Shown here one piece after another: positions 52,030-64,000 of a stretch of DNA of 64,000 nt (position 1 is its first letter; the number at the start of each line of letters is the position of its first letter). Source of the DNA: Antedon mediterranea (Eukaryota > Animalia > Echinodermata). Location of the stretch: contig NC_092672.1 of NCBI RefSeq assembly GCF_964355755.1, positions 17,621,237 through 17,685,236 of the forward strand, read 5' to 3'. Both the position numbers and the translations under genes were made by a program. The notes beneath the pieces are model-generated. The model searched no databases. It was not told where the DNA came from and saw only the letters and a program-made list of their open reading frames with translations.

Positions 52030-55000
52030 AATATCCATGGCACACAGCTCTGTGAGAAAGGGGCTCTAGTGAATGTCTAATATACTGCTGTCGTGGAAAA
52101 ACCCAAGTAATACCACCGTTCCACATTGGCCTCATGGTTCAACTTCAACATGAATAATGGAAGTCGAAACATTATAGAAACACTCAACGCATATGGCATG
52201 TGTGCAAGCTACGACGAACTTCGGACCTTTCAAACAACGGCAGCTGAGAACCCAACATGTAGAGCCAATGATGGTGTTTATATTCCACCGGGGATTCTAC
52301 AAGGCCAAGAAAGAGGTTATAGCCTAATACAAGAAGGAGATGATAATGTGGACATAAATGTTGAAACTATAGATGGAAAAAACAAATACCACTCAATGGC
52401 TCGAGTCATCTTCCAAGACCAAAACAAACATTCAGGACCCCTTATACAAAAACTTGAACGATCGAAAAAAAAGACACTCAAATGTGACGACATTTCATTT
52501 CTAAAGCGAAGGTCATTTGAAAAGCCAAAGGTTAGACCAGAGCCATCATTATTTCCAAAGAAATTTGATATCAACTCAGATTACATTGACAAGTTTCCAA
52601 CGTTTTATTCCACCGAGGACATTGTGTGGAGTTTGCTTCGCCAAGTATCAAGAGGCATATATAATATACCACAGCATATACACTATTCTCATTCACAAGT
52701 GATTCCCTTATGGACAGGTTTTAATTCAACTAAGTCAAAGAGAAATATGGAAAGTGTCACGGTCATTGCATATCCACCCATTATAAAAGCACCACCATCT
52801 GATATGAGCACTGTATACACAACACTCATACGAGGCAAGGAGTTAGCAGAGAAGTGTGGACAACCTTTTCATATACATACATTTGACCAGCAGCTATACG
52901 CTATTGTATAAAATGGTACGATTAAGTCACCAACAGGATTTTCCTAACCTTGTAAATCGCCTAGGCGGATTTCACACAATGGCAACTTTTATTCCATGTA
53001 TTGAAAAAATCTGGGGAGATGCAGGCCTAAAAGATATGTTGGCGGATTCTAATGTGTTCGCTCCAGCAAGTGTGGAGATGATGTTGTCAGGAAAGCAGTT
53101 CCATCGAGCAGTCAGGGGACTGACCTTGGTTTATGAAGCACTTATCCATCAGCTCATTCACAATTTTTGTATATGGTTAGATGAAAGAAAGCAGATTGAA
53201 GATCTAGACGAGTGTGTAACAGAGTTATGCTTTGTAAAAAGATGTTTGCAACTAGCAGACACATATCGAATGAAAACATAACTGACCTCACTGCAATGAA
53301 AGAGAAATTAATACCTCTTTTGGAAGAATTTATTGCATGTGGACGGCAAGCTTCTTCGACGTTTGCTTTCTGGGAGCATTTTCTTAACGTCATACAAATA
53401 ATGCTTTCCAAAATAAGAGCAGAAAGAGAAGGTGACTGGAAGTTACATATTTGCAGCCACATGAACATGCTGCCATATTTGTTTGTTGCAGACCGACCAA
53501 ATTATGCTCGATGGGGAACACTGTATAGTTTAGAAATGATTAATTCCCTCCCTGAATCGGTTTCTAAGGCATTTGATGATGGAAAGTTTTCAGTGAGACA
53601 GACACCAGGGAAGTTTAAGGGAATTTGGACAGACATGGGAGTGGAGACGACAATTATAAAAGATAGCAAGAGCCATAGCGGCATAATAGGATTGACTCGT
53701 AGAGGTTCAGCTGTACTGAGGTGGACATGCATACGGCACATTCTAGGTCAGTATGCCAAAATGATGCATCAGAGAAGTGGAAAGAAAACTGCTGATACCG
53801 ATTGTCATGAGCAAACTAAACCAGCCCTGATGAAAAGAGATGAATCAGATGCACAACAAATAATAAATCACATACACAATAACATGACCGATCCATTTGC
53901 TACATCATCACACCCACCAATGCTTGTAAACTTGGGCACAGGACTTGTTTCTACAAAGGAAATAAATGATTCACTATCAAACATTGCTGCTAAAGGCCAG
54001 AAGATGTTAGATGACTTTGTCAATTCTCGCTTGGTTGTAAATCCAGGGAAGAACAAATCTTTCTACCATCCAATTACAAGGTCTGGGGTGAAAACTTACA
54101 GACATCTCATGAAAACTACAAATGTAAAAATCAAAGGAAAGTTGAAAAAAATAGCTCTATCACCAGAATTGATATATGAAAGAGCACTTTCTTTGTCAAG
54201 TGTTAGACCAGAGGTGAACTTGACCACAGTTCTAAGTTATCCTGTAACTGCTATTCCACCATCATTATTCAAAGAAGATGGAAGTAGACGAAGAACAAAA
54301 AAATCAGACCTGCTTCATGCCCTTGAGGACAATGTGAAACATTTAACCACAGCAGACCTCCCACAATCAGAACTAACATCTGCTGTTTTAATAGACGCAA
54401 TGGCGGACTTGCAAAAAATGAACGTTACGAATATGACATCATTCGCCGATATTGGAGATTTTTGTTTCGAGAAAATCAAGAAGCTGCTCTGTTCGAATGA
54501 AGAGGTGCATTTGGTTTTTGATAGGTATGATGATGAACAACCACCAAACGATGAAGAGAGAGATCGTAGGTGTCGTGTTGTTAATAATATCGCTACCAAG
54601 TTGAAAAAAACAGACCACTTCCAAATTGGAAAACCTTTATGGGTGTTTCGCATAACAAGGGGGAGCTGACTAATTTTATTTCAAGCTATGTCGAGGAAAA
54701 GGCAAATCAACACCCTGAAATATTTAAGGCTGGAAATAGAATGTTATTTATTGCAGGCGGATATCAAATGAGATTGATGTCAAAGGTGGTAAATCAGACA
54801 GGGATTAATGAAATTGTAGAAGACTTATCGTCAACTCATACTGAAGCTGATACAAGAATGCTCTTGCATGCCACGCATGTTAACAACCGAATTATCACTA
54901 TACATGCTAAGGGACGGCTAATTGTTCAGTCTCCAGATACAGACGTGCTAGTTCTTTTGACACATTATTGTCAAGAAATGCAGGAATTAGTGAAGTTTGG

Positions 55001-55984
55001 TTTGAGACTGAGCACATGACCAAGATGTTAGATCTTAGAAGGTATATTCCAGTGCATTCAATTGCTGATCGGATTGGGAAAGAAGTTAGTAAAGGGTTGC
55101 CAGCTGCACATTCCCTTACAGGATGTGACACAATCTCATCATTATTTGGAGTAGGAAAGAAAACATTGTTCCATATTGCTGAAAATGCCAAAAGAACACT
55201 TAAATAATCTTCAAGATCTTAATGATGATGACATAGATAAAGCTGTGAACTCTTCAAGGAAATTTGTTGCTAATCTTTATGATACTACTATGCGATTTGA
55301 AGGAACACGTGAATGTCTCAATAAGCTACGGGTTCGTATGGCAACAACACGTTGTGCATCAGTATCAAAAATTCCACCATGTGAAGCATCATTCCTGTGC
55401 AACACGTCAAACGTGCATCATGGCAGACAAAGACATGGTATAAATCGCATGTGGCAAAACCAGAACTTCCGAACCCTATTGGAAACGGTTGGGAATTCAA
55501 TGATAATGGTGTAATGAGTCTTGTTTTTTTTAAAGGCCAAACTGCATTAGACAAATTGCAAAATCTGTTTTGTGCATGTGTAGGGAAAAGCAAATGTACC
55601 AACAATTGCCCCTGCTACACAGATAGATTAGGATGTTCAGAAGTATGCCGTTGTGAAAGTGGAGAAAACTGCAATAATCCATATAATGGTAAGGAATTGA
55701 CAGACGATACAGACGACCCATAATTTTGTCAAGATGTTTAGGGTTTGGCTGCACATTTCACTAAGTTGTTAATACAGTACATTTATTTTGTACCCTTTTA
55801 TTTTGTTTGTTAATATTCAATTAAATAATTTAAATAATGATAAATATTATTTAAAGAAAGTAGTCTTCTTTACAATTTAAATTTGCAGTCAGTTGGGCTA
55901 AACAAAAAACCTTCAATTATATGCAAAATGAATTTACCATGCTAGGTTTTTATTCAGGTAACAAAAAAACAATGTATTATTAAA

Positions 55985-56333
55985 TATTTTTATTTATTTT
56001 ATTTTATGTCTTTAGGCAATGTGGCCAAGGATTACCAATAGTGAATTAATCACTGTCCTATCAGATAGGTGGTAATCCCCCTGATACAGAGGCTATTGTG
56101 TGAACCAGTTCACCGGGGTAACCCCCTACTCTTTTTCGAATAATGAACTGGGTTCTTTAAAGTACACACAGGTTATAACTGTGTACACTGGACCTACGGT
56201 TTATAGTCCTTATCCGAGAAGACTTGTTCCACCACCAGAACTAGGAGCGAGTCGGCCTCGAACCCTTGCCGATGTTGTTGTTGGCTCTTTAGGTACGATA
56301 AACGGTGCCCCTGCCTTAACCGCTCGGCCATAT
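55985..56333 (-). mobile_element. tRNA-derived SINE with Nin/Deu-type central domain
   Basis: Minus strand: A box TGGCCGAGCGGTTAAGG, B box GGTTCGAGGCC, core CTCGGATAAGGACTATAAACCGTAGGTCC...TTAAAGAACCC...TTCGAAAAAGAGTAGGGG, then an A-rich tail. Confidence 0.75.
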
Positions 56334-56699
56334 AAAATGAAACCAGTTCTGTGAAATCTGAATTCTGAAAAACTTCAATAAATATATGATTCTATAGAAA
56401 CTACATGTCTTATCAGAATAACATTATAATCAAATAATACAATAGTAATTAAAGGAGAAAAAGTGTATAAATAATAATTATCTGAACTGTAGATGATATG
56501 CAAAATTTTTTATTATATATATGGTAATAAGCACAAAGCAAAATAAACATGTGTAAAAGTGATAATTACCGATTACACAAAATAAGTATTTAAAAAAGAT
56601 ATACTGTAGGCCTATATCATATTACATCACCACCCTCTCCCAATTATTATCTATCTATATCTATATATTAATTTTAGATTTATATATTAGATGTTTCAT

Positions 56700-57920
56700 C
56701 GTTGTATACTAATATCCCTCACGAAAGAAGGAGCTGACGCATGTATTTTAAATTACAAACACAATCAAGGCAAAACGCCTACTAAAGCTCATTTGCGATA
56801 ACTGGTCATGTTGATATTAACCAACAACAATTTTATTTTTGGATGACCATTACCTTCACATTCATGGCACAGCGATGGGCACAACAATGGCGCCATCTTT
56901 TGCAAATTTATTTATGGGACAATTTGAGGCGAATTTTGTGTCCCTCTGACCTAATAAACCACTTGTTTGGTTAGATACATTGACGACATCTTCATGATCT
57001 GGACCATGGTGGAGATAATTTGGAAACTTTTCTTCTCAATATTAATTTAGCCCACCCAACTATGAAATTTACAGCTACCAAATCCACTAAAACATACCGT
57101 ACAGTCAAGCATTACGTATCTGTTCTTCAGATTTAGATTTTCAGAATACAAGAAAGGAAGGAATACATCGAAACTGCTATAAGGAAAGCAAAAGATATTC
57201 CTCAATGTCAAACACTGACGTACAAACCATGTCAGCCAAATTCGATCAGAGTGCCATTGGTCACAACTTATCACCCTAGGTTTCCTCTTGAGAAACATAT
57301 GCCCATTCTACAGTCCATAGAACGTCTCAGGAACCACCCATTATTGCATTTCGTAGACCTCCCAACCTTCGTGATATATTAGTCAGATCCAAATTTAAGA
57401 GTGAAATTAACTCTCATGACAGCCAAAATTTGGGCAGTCACCTTTGCGGAAAATCTTGCAAAACTTGTTCATTGGTTGATTCTACTGAAAAATTTAAGAG
57501 TAACCAAACTGGCCGCATTTTTCGGATAAGACAATCAATTAATTGTCTAACCAAAAACGTCATTTATCTCATATACTGTAATATTTGTGGCAAACAGTAC
57601 GTCGGGGAAACAAAACACACTCTCCGTATGAGAATGACACAACACAGATCAGCTATCAAAACATTAAAGCTTGATCAACCTGTAGCCGAACATTTTAATT
57701 TAGCTGGTCATTCGATTGCAAATTTCAGAGTTATTGCAATAGACCACGATGTCAAATGGAGCGACAAAACTCGCAAAGACAAAGAAAACTACTGGGAATT
57801 ACAACTTAAAACCACAAAACATTTTGGACTTAACATTAGGAACATATTCCCAGATCGGTAAAATTATTCCATTGACTACCAAAATATAACTTTCAATATA
57901 AACCACCATTTAAGCTGTTT
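56700..57920 (+). mobile_element. Penelope-like element: degenerate RT + intact GIY-YIG endonuclease frame (57430-57861)
   Basis: [17 protein letters not shown] and RYIDDIFMIW (RT). CGKSCKTC..NCLTKNVIYLIYCNICGKQYVGET..RMTQH..VAEHFN..E.YW...L.T..GLN (GIY-YIG). Confidence 0.9.
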
Positions 57921-58639
57921 TTTTAGTTCCATTCCATTTTGTTTAGCGTCTTTTATTTTCGTAAAGTCTGGACAGAAAAGTAATAAAGTTTCATATCTAG
58001 TATTGCTTTCATTTTTTAGCATACAGATATTTTAAAGTGAAGGTATAGTGATAACAGAATCAATGGCCAAAAAATAATTTTGTTCTTCTTGGTACAATTT
58101 GTTTTTATTTTGATAATTTTACAACATTATAGATTGTAGGTAATTTAAACGATTGTAATGATTTTTTAATTCCGATTGTACTGTAATGTTTAGTTTAGTT
58201 GTTTTGAAGTTTAACATGTTTTAATTCCCATTGGATTTTGTTTAACTTTGTGGTTAACTACCACCTTTATTCATTCAATGTTACATAAACAACAATTACA
58301 CAATCTCATATATATTTACCTTATTATCTGCATATTTTTTGTTATGTTATCTATTATATAAAATATATTGCATATTTAATAAAAAAAGTTGTTTAGTTAT
58401 GAAACGTTTGTTAACTTATTTATCATAATTTGTGTGTCTTTCAGTTTATATATTTGTATATATATATACAGGTATAAACAAATCAGGCAAAGAACATTAA
58501 TTCTAAACCGCCCGGTGATATACTGAAATTTAATTAATTAATTTGAAACGATAAAGATGAGGAAATCTGTGAGAATGAGAAAAAGTCACCCCAACCGAGA
58601 CTCGAACTCATTCACACGTATATATATAGAAATACATAC

Positions 58640-60120
58640 TATATATATCAAACATACATACATACAACATATACACATATGCATAAAATTAACATTAAAA
58701 CCAACGATAAAAATATACACAAATATAATACATTAGACCTATATACACTGGTATAAAAAAAACCTATAAAAACTGTCAAGTAATAAAATGGAAATGTATA
58801 TACACAAATTAAAAGTATAATATACGTATACATACAGACAATATACTTTTCCATTAAAGCTTACTGAACAAATTCTGACAGTTTTTCTTTGACATTGATA
58901 ATGTTACATGCGTATTCATTCTTAATTAAATTCTGAATAGGTTCCATATCGTTGTACATTTTCGTTTTTCAACGTTATTTTATATGTTATACATGATTTA
59001 TATATTGAAAAACAAAAAAAAAAGAAATTAATTCATTGATGAGTTTGCTATTTGTATTTCCAGTAACTATATTAGTCCAACTTGAAAAGTTGTGTTGTGT
59101 TTCGTTAACAGGAAAACACTTAACAATCATTGAATCAAACTTTCTGCAGACTGGCTGAGTTGTATTACATGTATAAAGCATATGTTTTTCGTTTTCTACT
59201 TCTATTTTACATTTTTGGCATATATCACTATCAACTAATTTCTATAGTTTTTTCCTACATGCTATAATTCTGTGTAACAATTTAAAGTTGAATTGGGCAA
59301 CTTTTACAATAAATTTTGTGTTTAAGACTTTATTACACCATATTGCGTGCCAATTTAAATCGATACCAAATTCCTGTTTCCATTTCACTTGTGATCTTGG
59401 GATAGAGACTTTACTATTAATAAGATATCTATAAAACGTAGGTGATCTATTTTGTTATAGAATGTAAGCATGTCAAAGGTTTTATCTATTTCATTTTCAA
59501 CATTCGGTATTTTAACAATTGTTTTCCATTGATGCGGTATGTCATTGATAACAGCAAAGTATTCAATCAACCCGTTTTCTTTATTACATAACATTGGAAT
59601 CAACCTTTGATATGTTATTAGTTCATTATCAACAATTATATCATTGATTGTTTTGATACCAGAATTTAACGAGGAGCAGAAGTACATTGATTTGCCATCC
59701 AATGTTACATACTTGTTTTCCCATAATTGTTGAGATTTAATTTCGTTTACAGTGTGTGGTTTTGTGAATATGTAATTTATTTAGAATCACAACAGCTTTT
59801 AATAATTGTTGATAGAACACTGGCATATCTTTTAAAATTGTATGATTTTCAGTATTAATTTTACTAATCTTAAGTGTACATTCTATTGGGTACATAATGT
59901 CTCGGGATAAATTTCCATTTTTCAGGATCTGGGCTTAGCAAACGCTTGATCCAGCTCAGCTTTAGAGACTTCACTAATGCATTAAAATCAACCATGTTGA
60001 GACCTCCGTCTTCGTTTTTATTAATAAGTGTTGTTCTTTTAATTTTTTCAACAATAGGAAAGATATATGTTGGTACATTTATTACACTAGCATTGTAAAT
60101 GAGCTTAGATATAGCTAATT
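58640..60120 (-). mobile_element. Decayed L1/Tx1-clade LINE 3' part
   Basis: EDGGLNMVDF, LSWIKRL, LWENKYV, AQFNFKLLHRIIA motifs with frameshifts. Confidence 0.8.
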
Positions 60121-60367
60121 CCCATTGTAATGCACAGTATATTTAAGATGTACCGATTGTACTGTAGCTTTTAATATGTTTTGAGTCCGATTGTGTACTT
60201 GTAGTTTGTTGTATTGTAGTTTGTTTGAATTCCAATTGTATTGTTTTGTACTAGTATTTGAGATTTTCTAATTCCGATTGTACTAAAATGTAATGTGTTT
60301 ATATCCAAATAGGCATAACATAGTATTTTTAATTCCGATTATACTGTAGTATTTAGTTAGTTATTAT

Positions 60368-60400
60368 CAGGGAGTTGTAAAATAATTTTACAACTCCCTG
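60368..60400. repeat. Perfect 16-bp inverted repeat with 1-nt spacer
   Basis: CAGGGAGTTGTAAAAT-A-ATTTTACAACTCCCTG. Confidence 0.9.
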
Positions 60401-62815
60401 GTTATACAGTATATAGTAAGTAAGTAGGCCTATATACTTATATAAGTATGCCTATATTATATAGTAATACAGTATTGTTGTTACAAAATCTTAGCATTCC
60501 GTCAGTACATGCTTGCTATAGTTTTTGTTCTGTATTGTTACTTGTAGTTTGTACTGTAGGTTCATAACGAGACAATATTATCGTAATTAGATACCCTTCT
60601 CTACATAAAACACAATACACCACACCCCCTATCATAATAATGGTATAGTTCATATAAGTCGAGCTGGGGTGCCGCGCCGAAGCTTGCTTTTTCCCGGCGG
60701 CGGCAGCAGCCGTTTGGCGACTTTTGGAGCGTAGTGACTTGTGTGTGCAGAGCGATCTTCGCCCGCGGTGGAGTGTAAAGAAAATAATGACCGATAGGCC
60801 TGATATTATCCTAGCTTCTTTATAATAAAAGGTGGGTGGATGCGGTTTTTCGACAAACGGGTCGACCATCACAAAAAATTAATACTCGTCATTACCAAAT
60901 AAAGGTCGCCATTGGCGACTGGGCGACCGTTCATTTAATAGCGGGACGGTTCGGCCCGGGACTAGCCTAGCCTACCTCTACTAGCCTAGGCCTATAAGGT
61001 AGGCCCTCCTAGGCCTAGGCGGTCGGACTAGGCTTATTAATAATATTCGGCCCTGATGAGACGATTCGACACACTTAAATTTATCAGCATAAAATAAACT
61101 TTTTTCCCCAAACTTTAGTTTTAGAGAGTATTTTAGATGTTGGATGTGTATAGTTTCTTATATAAATACTAAAAACTCTACCAAAAAATATTTTGTGATG
61201 CCCTGTAACCTGCCAAGGACTGGTACATCTAGGCTAGGCCTAGTTGGATGTGATACAAAAACACTCGATTTGGAGAGAGTATAAACAAGAATATTTCTTA
61301 CAAAAAACGCTGCTCGCTTATTGTTATTGCTAAGGTCAAGTCTGGGGGTCACTTCATCACGCCTAGATACTTCAAGTATCCTATTACAAACAAAAACTTC
61401 AATGGACTGTTTTGATAATAATTCAATGATTATCTGACAGCGAATTATATCATGGGACTCATAAATACCAGAATGCTTTGGGATTTGTCGTTAGACTCTT
61501 TTCTCAGCCGTTTTTGGATTCAACAGGTGGTACCAATAAATTATAGTGGAGTTTCCATTTTAACAAAAATGTCAAAGTGTAGTACTATAAAGCTGCTTGA
61601 TTTCATCTAATGAATGAGTCATCTCGTGTGACGTAGCGGGCTAGAGCAGCAGCGTGAAAATGCTGCTTATCCGGTCTTACTAAACACCACCAGATATAGA
61701 GATTGAGCCGATGTCTTGTTTCAACATACAAAATACATCAGCCCCTCTTATAAGAACTTTCTATACTATCAATCCCACATATACGAATGATTTTTTCTTG
61801 TTAAAGGAAGATAAGAAATTACAGTAGTAATTTTGTTTGAAAGTTTGTAAAATTACTAGAAAAGGCTGGAAAAGCATAAATCACGCATCAATCCCACATA
61901 CGAATGATTTTTTCTTGTTAAAGGAAGATAAGAAATTACAGTAGTAATTTTGTTTGAAAGTTGGTAAAATTACTAGAAAAGGCTGGAAAAGCATAAATCA
62001 CGCAAAAAAAAGACTTTTAAATGCGCGTGCGCACGTAACTTTCTGTGAAACATGCTATTTTTAATACATAGAAAGTTTGCCCTTAATATGACTTTAATTT
62101 TCACTAAGTGTCAATACAAAATGACTTTTTGTTTTTAATCTATGAATTGATCAATCATTGAAATTCATAAAATCGCGCGCAAGTCACGTTGCACAACTCT
62201 AAAGTCATAAAACGAAGGTTGTTGCACATCTACAGCTATAGGTGGTCAATCTTCTTGTGACAAAGTTATACAATCTCTGTTCTGTTGGCCAGAATTAGAG
62301 ATACGCTGCGGACAAAATTTGTGGAAAGAAAGAAGCATAAGATAGAAGAAAAAAAAATCGTGACAATAACAAATTTATCCGCCAAGTGTGGATAACCAAT
62401 AAAATACGGATTGTTAAACATCTTTAAAAATGTGATAAATACGAAAAAAAATGAATGAATTTGGTCTAAAGAAGTGAGATGTTTTGGCCCACAAAGTAGG
62501 ATGTTCAGCCCAAAAGTGGGCCGGGATCGTCTCAGCCCTGCATTTCAGTTACTATATTTTAAATAAAATTAATTACTTAATCGTCATTAATTATCCAAAA
62601 ACGATGGCTAATCAGCTTCATGAAGGATGTTTTTCGTGGGATGCCTACTGTCAATAGCAATTTATCTAATTGTGTTTTTAATTAATTATCTATATAAATT
62701 ATATTTATTGATTCAATCCTGTTATGGGCGACTTTGGTCGCTGTTGGATGAAGATGAAATAAAATAAAAAATTTAAAAAAATCCACCTTCTATTATTCAA
62801 TTTTTCCTTCATTAA

Positions 62816-63316
62816 AGATGTATTGTCCCTTGAAACACAAAAAATGAAGGTCAAAATATTCTAAATTTAAATTGGCCATATCAAAGTAATATTAAAGTTA
62901 TTCACTTTAAGTCGAAAATTCGAGCCAAAAACAACAAGTTTACCTAATTAACAGGTAAATTAAATTGATTACATTTCGTCTGAAAAATCGTCGCGAGCGA
63001 AAGTAAAAGATTTCAAACCACGAGTATGCATTATGCATGATGCTAATTAGGATTGTTTACAACTCGTCGCGGTTGAGAAGGTGTTTTCACACAGATCGCG
63101 AGGAAGTTTTATGATTATCCATACAGAGTAGCCAAACAAGCGCGTTGCATTATGAGATATGTAACAAAAAAACGTCTGTATTTCAGTTAAATGATTTTTT
63201 TCTCGACTAATTTTTGGTGAAAGTTAGTAACTATTATGATACTTCAAAATGACCCACTTTTTTTCGAAATCTTTTTTTTTCATTGTTTTGGAATTAGTCA
63301 AAGGGACAATACATCT
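62816..63316. mobile_element. 501-bp Kolobok-type element with TTAA TSD
   Basis: TTAA|AGATGTATTGTCCCTT ... AAGGGACAATACATCT|TTAA (16-bp perfect TIR). Confidence 0.85.
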
Positions 63317-64000
63317 TTAACACAAGGAAATAGATAAACACTGATGATCACTGTGGATTTTATTGTTATTTATTGGGGAAATGTCTGTTCAATATATAAA
63401 AAGCTTCATATTTAGCTACAGTATATGTGACCCGATCTGGCAAAACCCTACGTTTGTCAGAAATTTTCATTTTGTATTTTTTTATATTATTTGGATTATT
63501 TGAATCATAAGCTTTGCAATGGTGTCAGTATTTCGTAAACATTTTGTAAATATTTAAAAAGTTATTACATTTTAAAAACTTACAAATCATTCAATTAGAA
63601 AATGGCGTTTGAAGTTCTTCAATGAAATTCTTTTTGACATGCACTGAAAACTCACTCTGTAGCAACGCGGTATTTTAGTCTAAGGCACGATGACATCATA
63701 CCAAGAAGTGTGATATTTAGCAGCATGGATGGTCAGTTTGACTGATTTTAGATGCTGTTTTAAACTATTTTGCACTATTGAAAAGTAGCATTATAATGTC
63801 AAGCTTATTTTAACTGGTTTCGGAAGTGTTTACGATATTAAAAACCCTTCCCCCCCCCCCCCCCAATAACAAATATATATAATAAATCAAACAAAAAACC
63901 CACTCTGTCAATTCAAATCAATTTATTTAAAAAGTGTGTTAGAAAGTTTACTAGAAATGTTCACGCTTTGCGAGACTTTTCTATTGACCCACAAGGCAGG

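Larger units (their letters stand above)
49803..52066. mobile_element. Harbinger-like MITE inserted in the Academ gene, containing two nested MITEs
   Basis: Perfect 20-bp inverted ends TAGAGCCCCTTTCTCACAGA / TCTGTGAGAAAGGGGCTCTA. The Academ reading resumes right after 52068. Confidence 0.8.
48300..55723 (+). pseudogene. AcademX-type DNA transposon gene: DDE transposase + XPG/FEN1-like nuclease + C-terminal Cys-rich finger (frameshifted, interrupted)
   Basis: Motifs in order: FSWDEQCFICGK; KYHKRCY; PPFHIGL..GSRNIIETLNAYGMCASYDE; DNVD..TIDGK..H; TFDQQLY; RLGGFH; AEREGDWKLH; NYARW; DMGVET; then IDAMA, VFDRY, HTEADTRMLLHA, SPDTDVLVL, HSLTGCDTISSLFGVGKK, QHVKRASWQ; and CxC..C..CxC..C..CxC..C.N. 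Confidence 0.85.

Noticed and set aside
54300-55200. Host FEN1/XPG/EXO1 gene
   Set aside because: The nuclease motifs are intronless, frameshifted and fused downstream of a transposase-like domain, which fits Academ.
61030-61055. Second hammerhead (ctgatgag)
   Set aside because: No stem II followed by GAAA.

Overview
This is AT-rich eukaryotic (metazoan, probably marine invertebrate) genomic DNA, so the short ORF-track entries are mostly spurious or transposon fragments. One host gene is recognisable: the 5' part of TRIM37 on the minus strand. Its coding exons 1-6 lie at 33299-33340, 13885-13986, 13631-13668, 11690-11809, 7241-7328 and 4897-5019 and encode the RING, B-box and start of the coiled coil; the rest lies beyond the window start. 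Almost everything else is nested, decayed mobile DNA: Helitron/Helentron-type elements, a 2.86-kb foldback element, a gag+protease-only Gypsy LTR element inside a TIR element, TTAA-flanked Kolobok-type elements, a hAT pseudogene, L2/CR1 and Tx1 LINE remnants, Penelope elements with a hammerhead remnant, a Nin/Deu-type SINE, an EnSpm-like element carrying a spliced SAMD3-like gene, and a large AcademX-type (transposase+XPG nuclease+Cys-rich) pseudogene. I found no clearly new system. The most testable novel idea is an inverted Helentron pair bracketing TRIM37 exons 2-5 (348 nt, in frame). All family assignments come from motif recognition by eye, without database searches.
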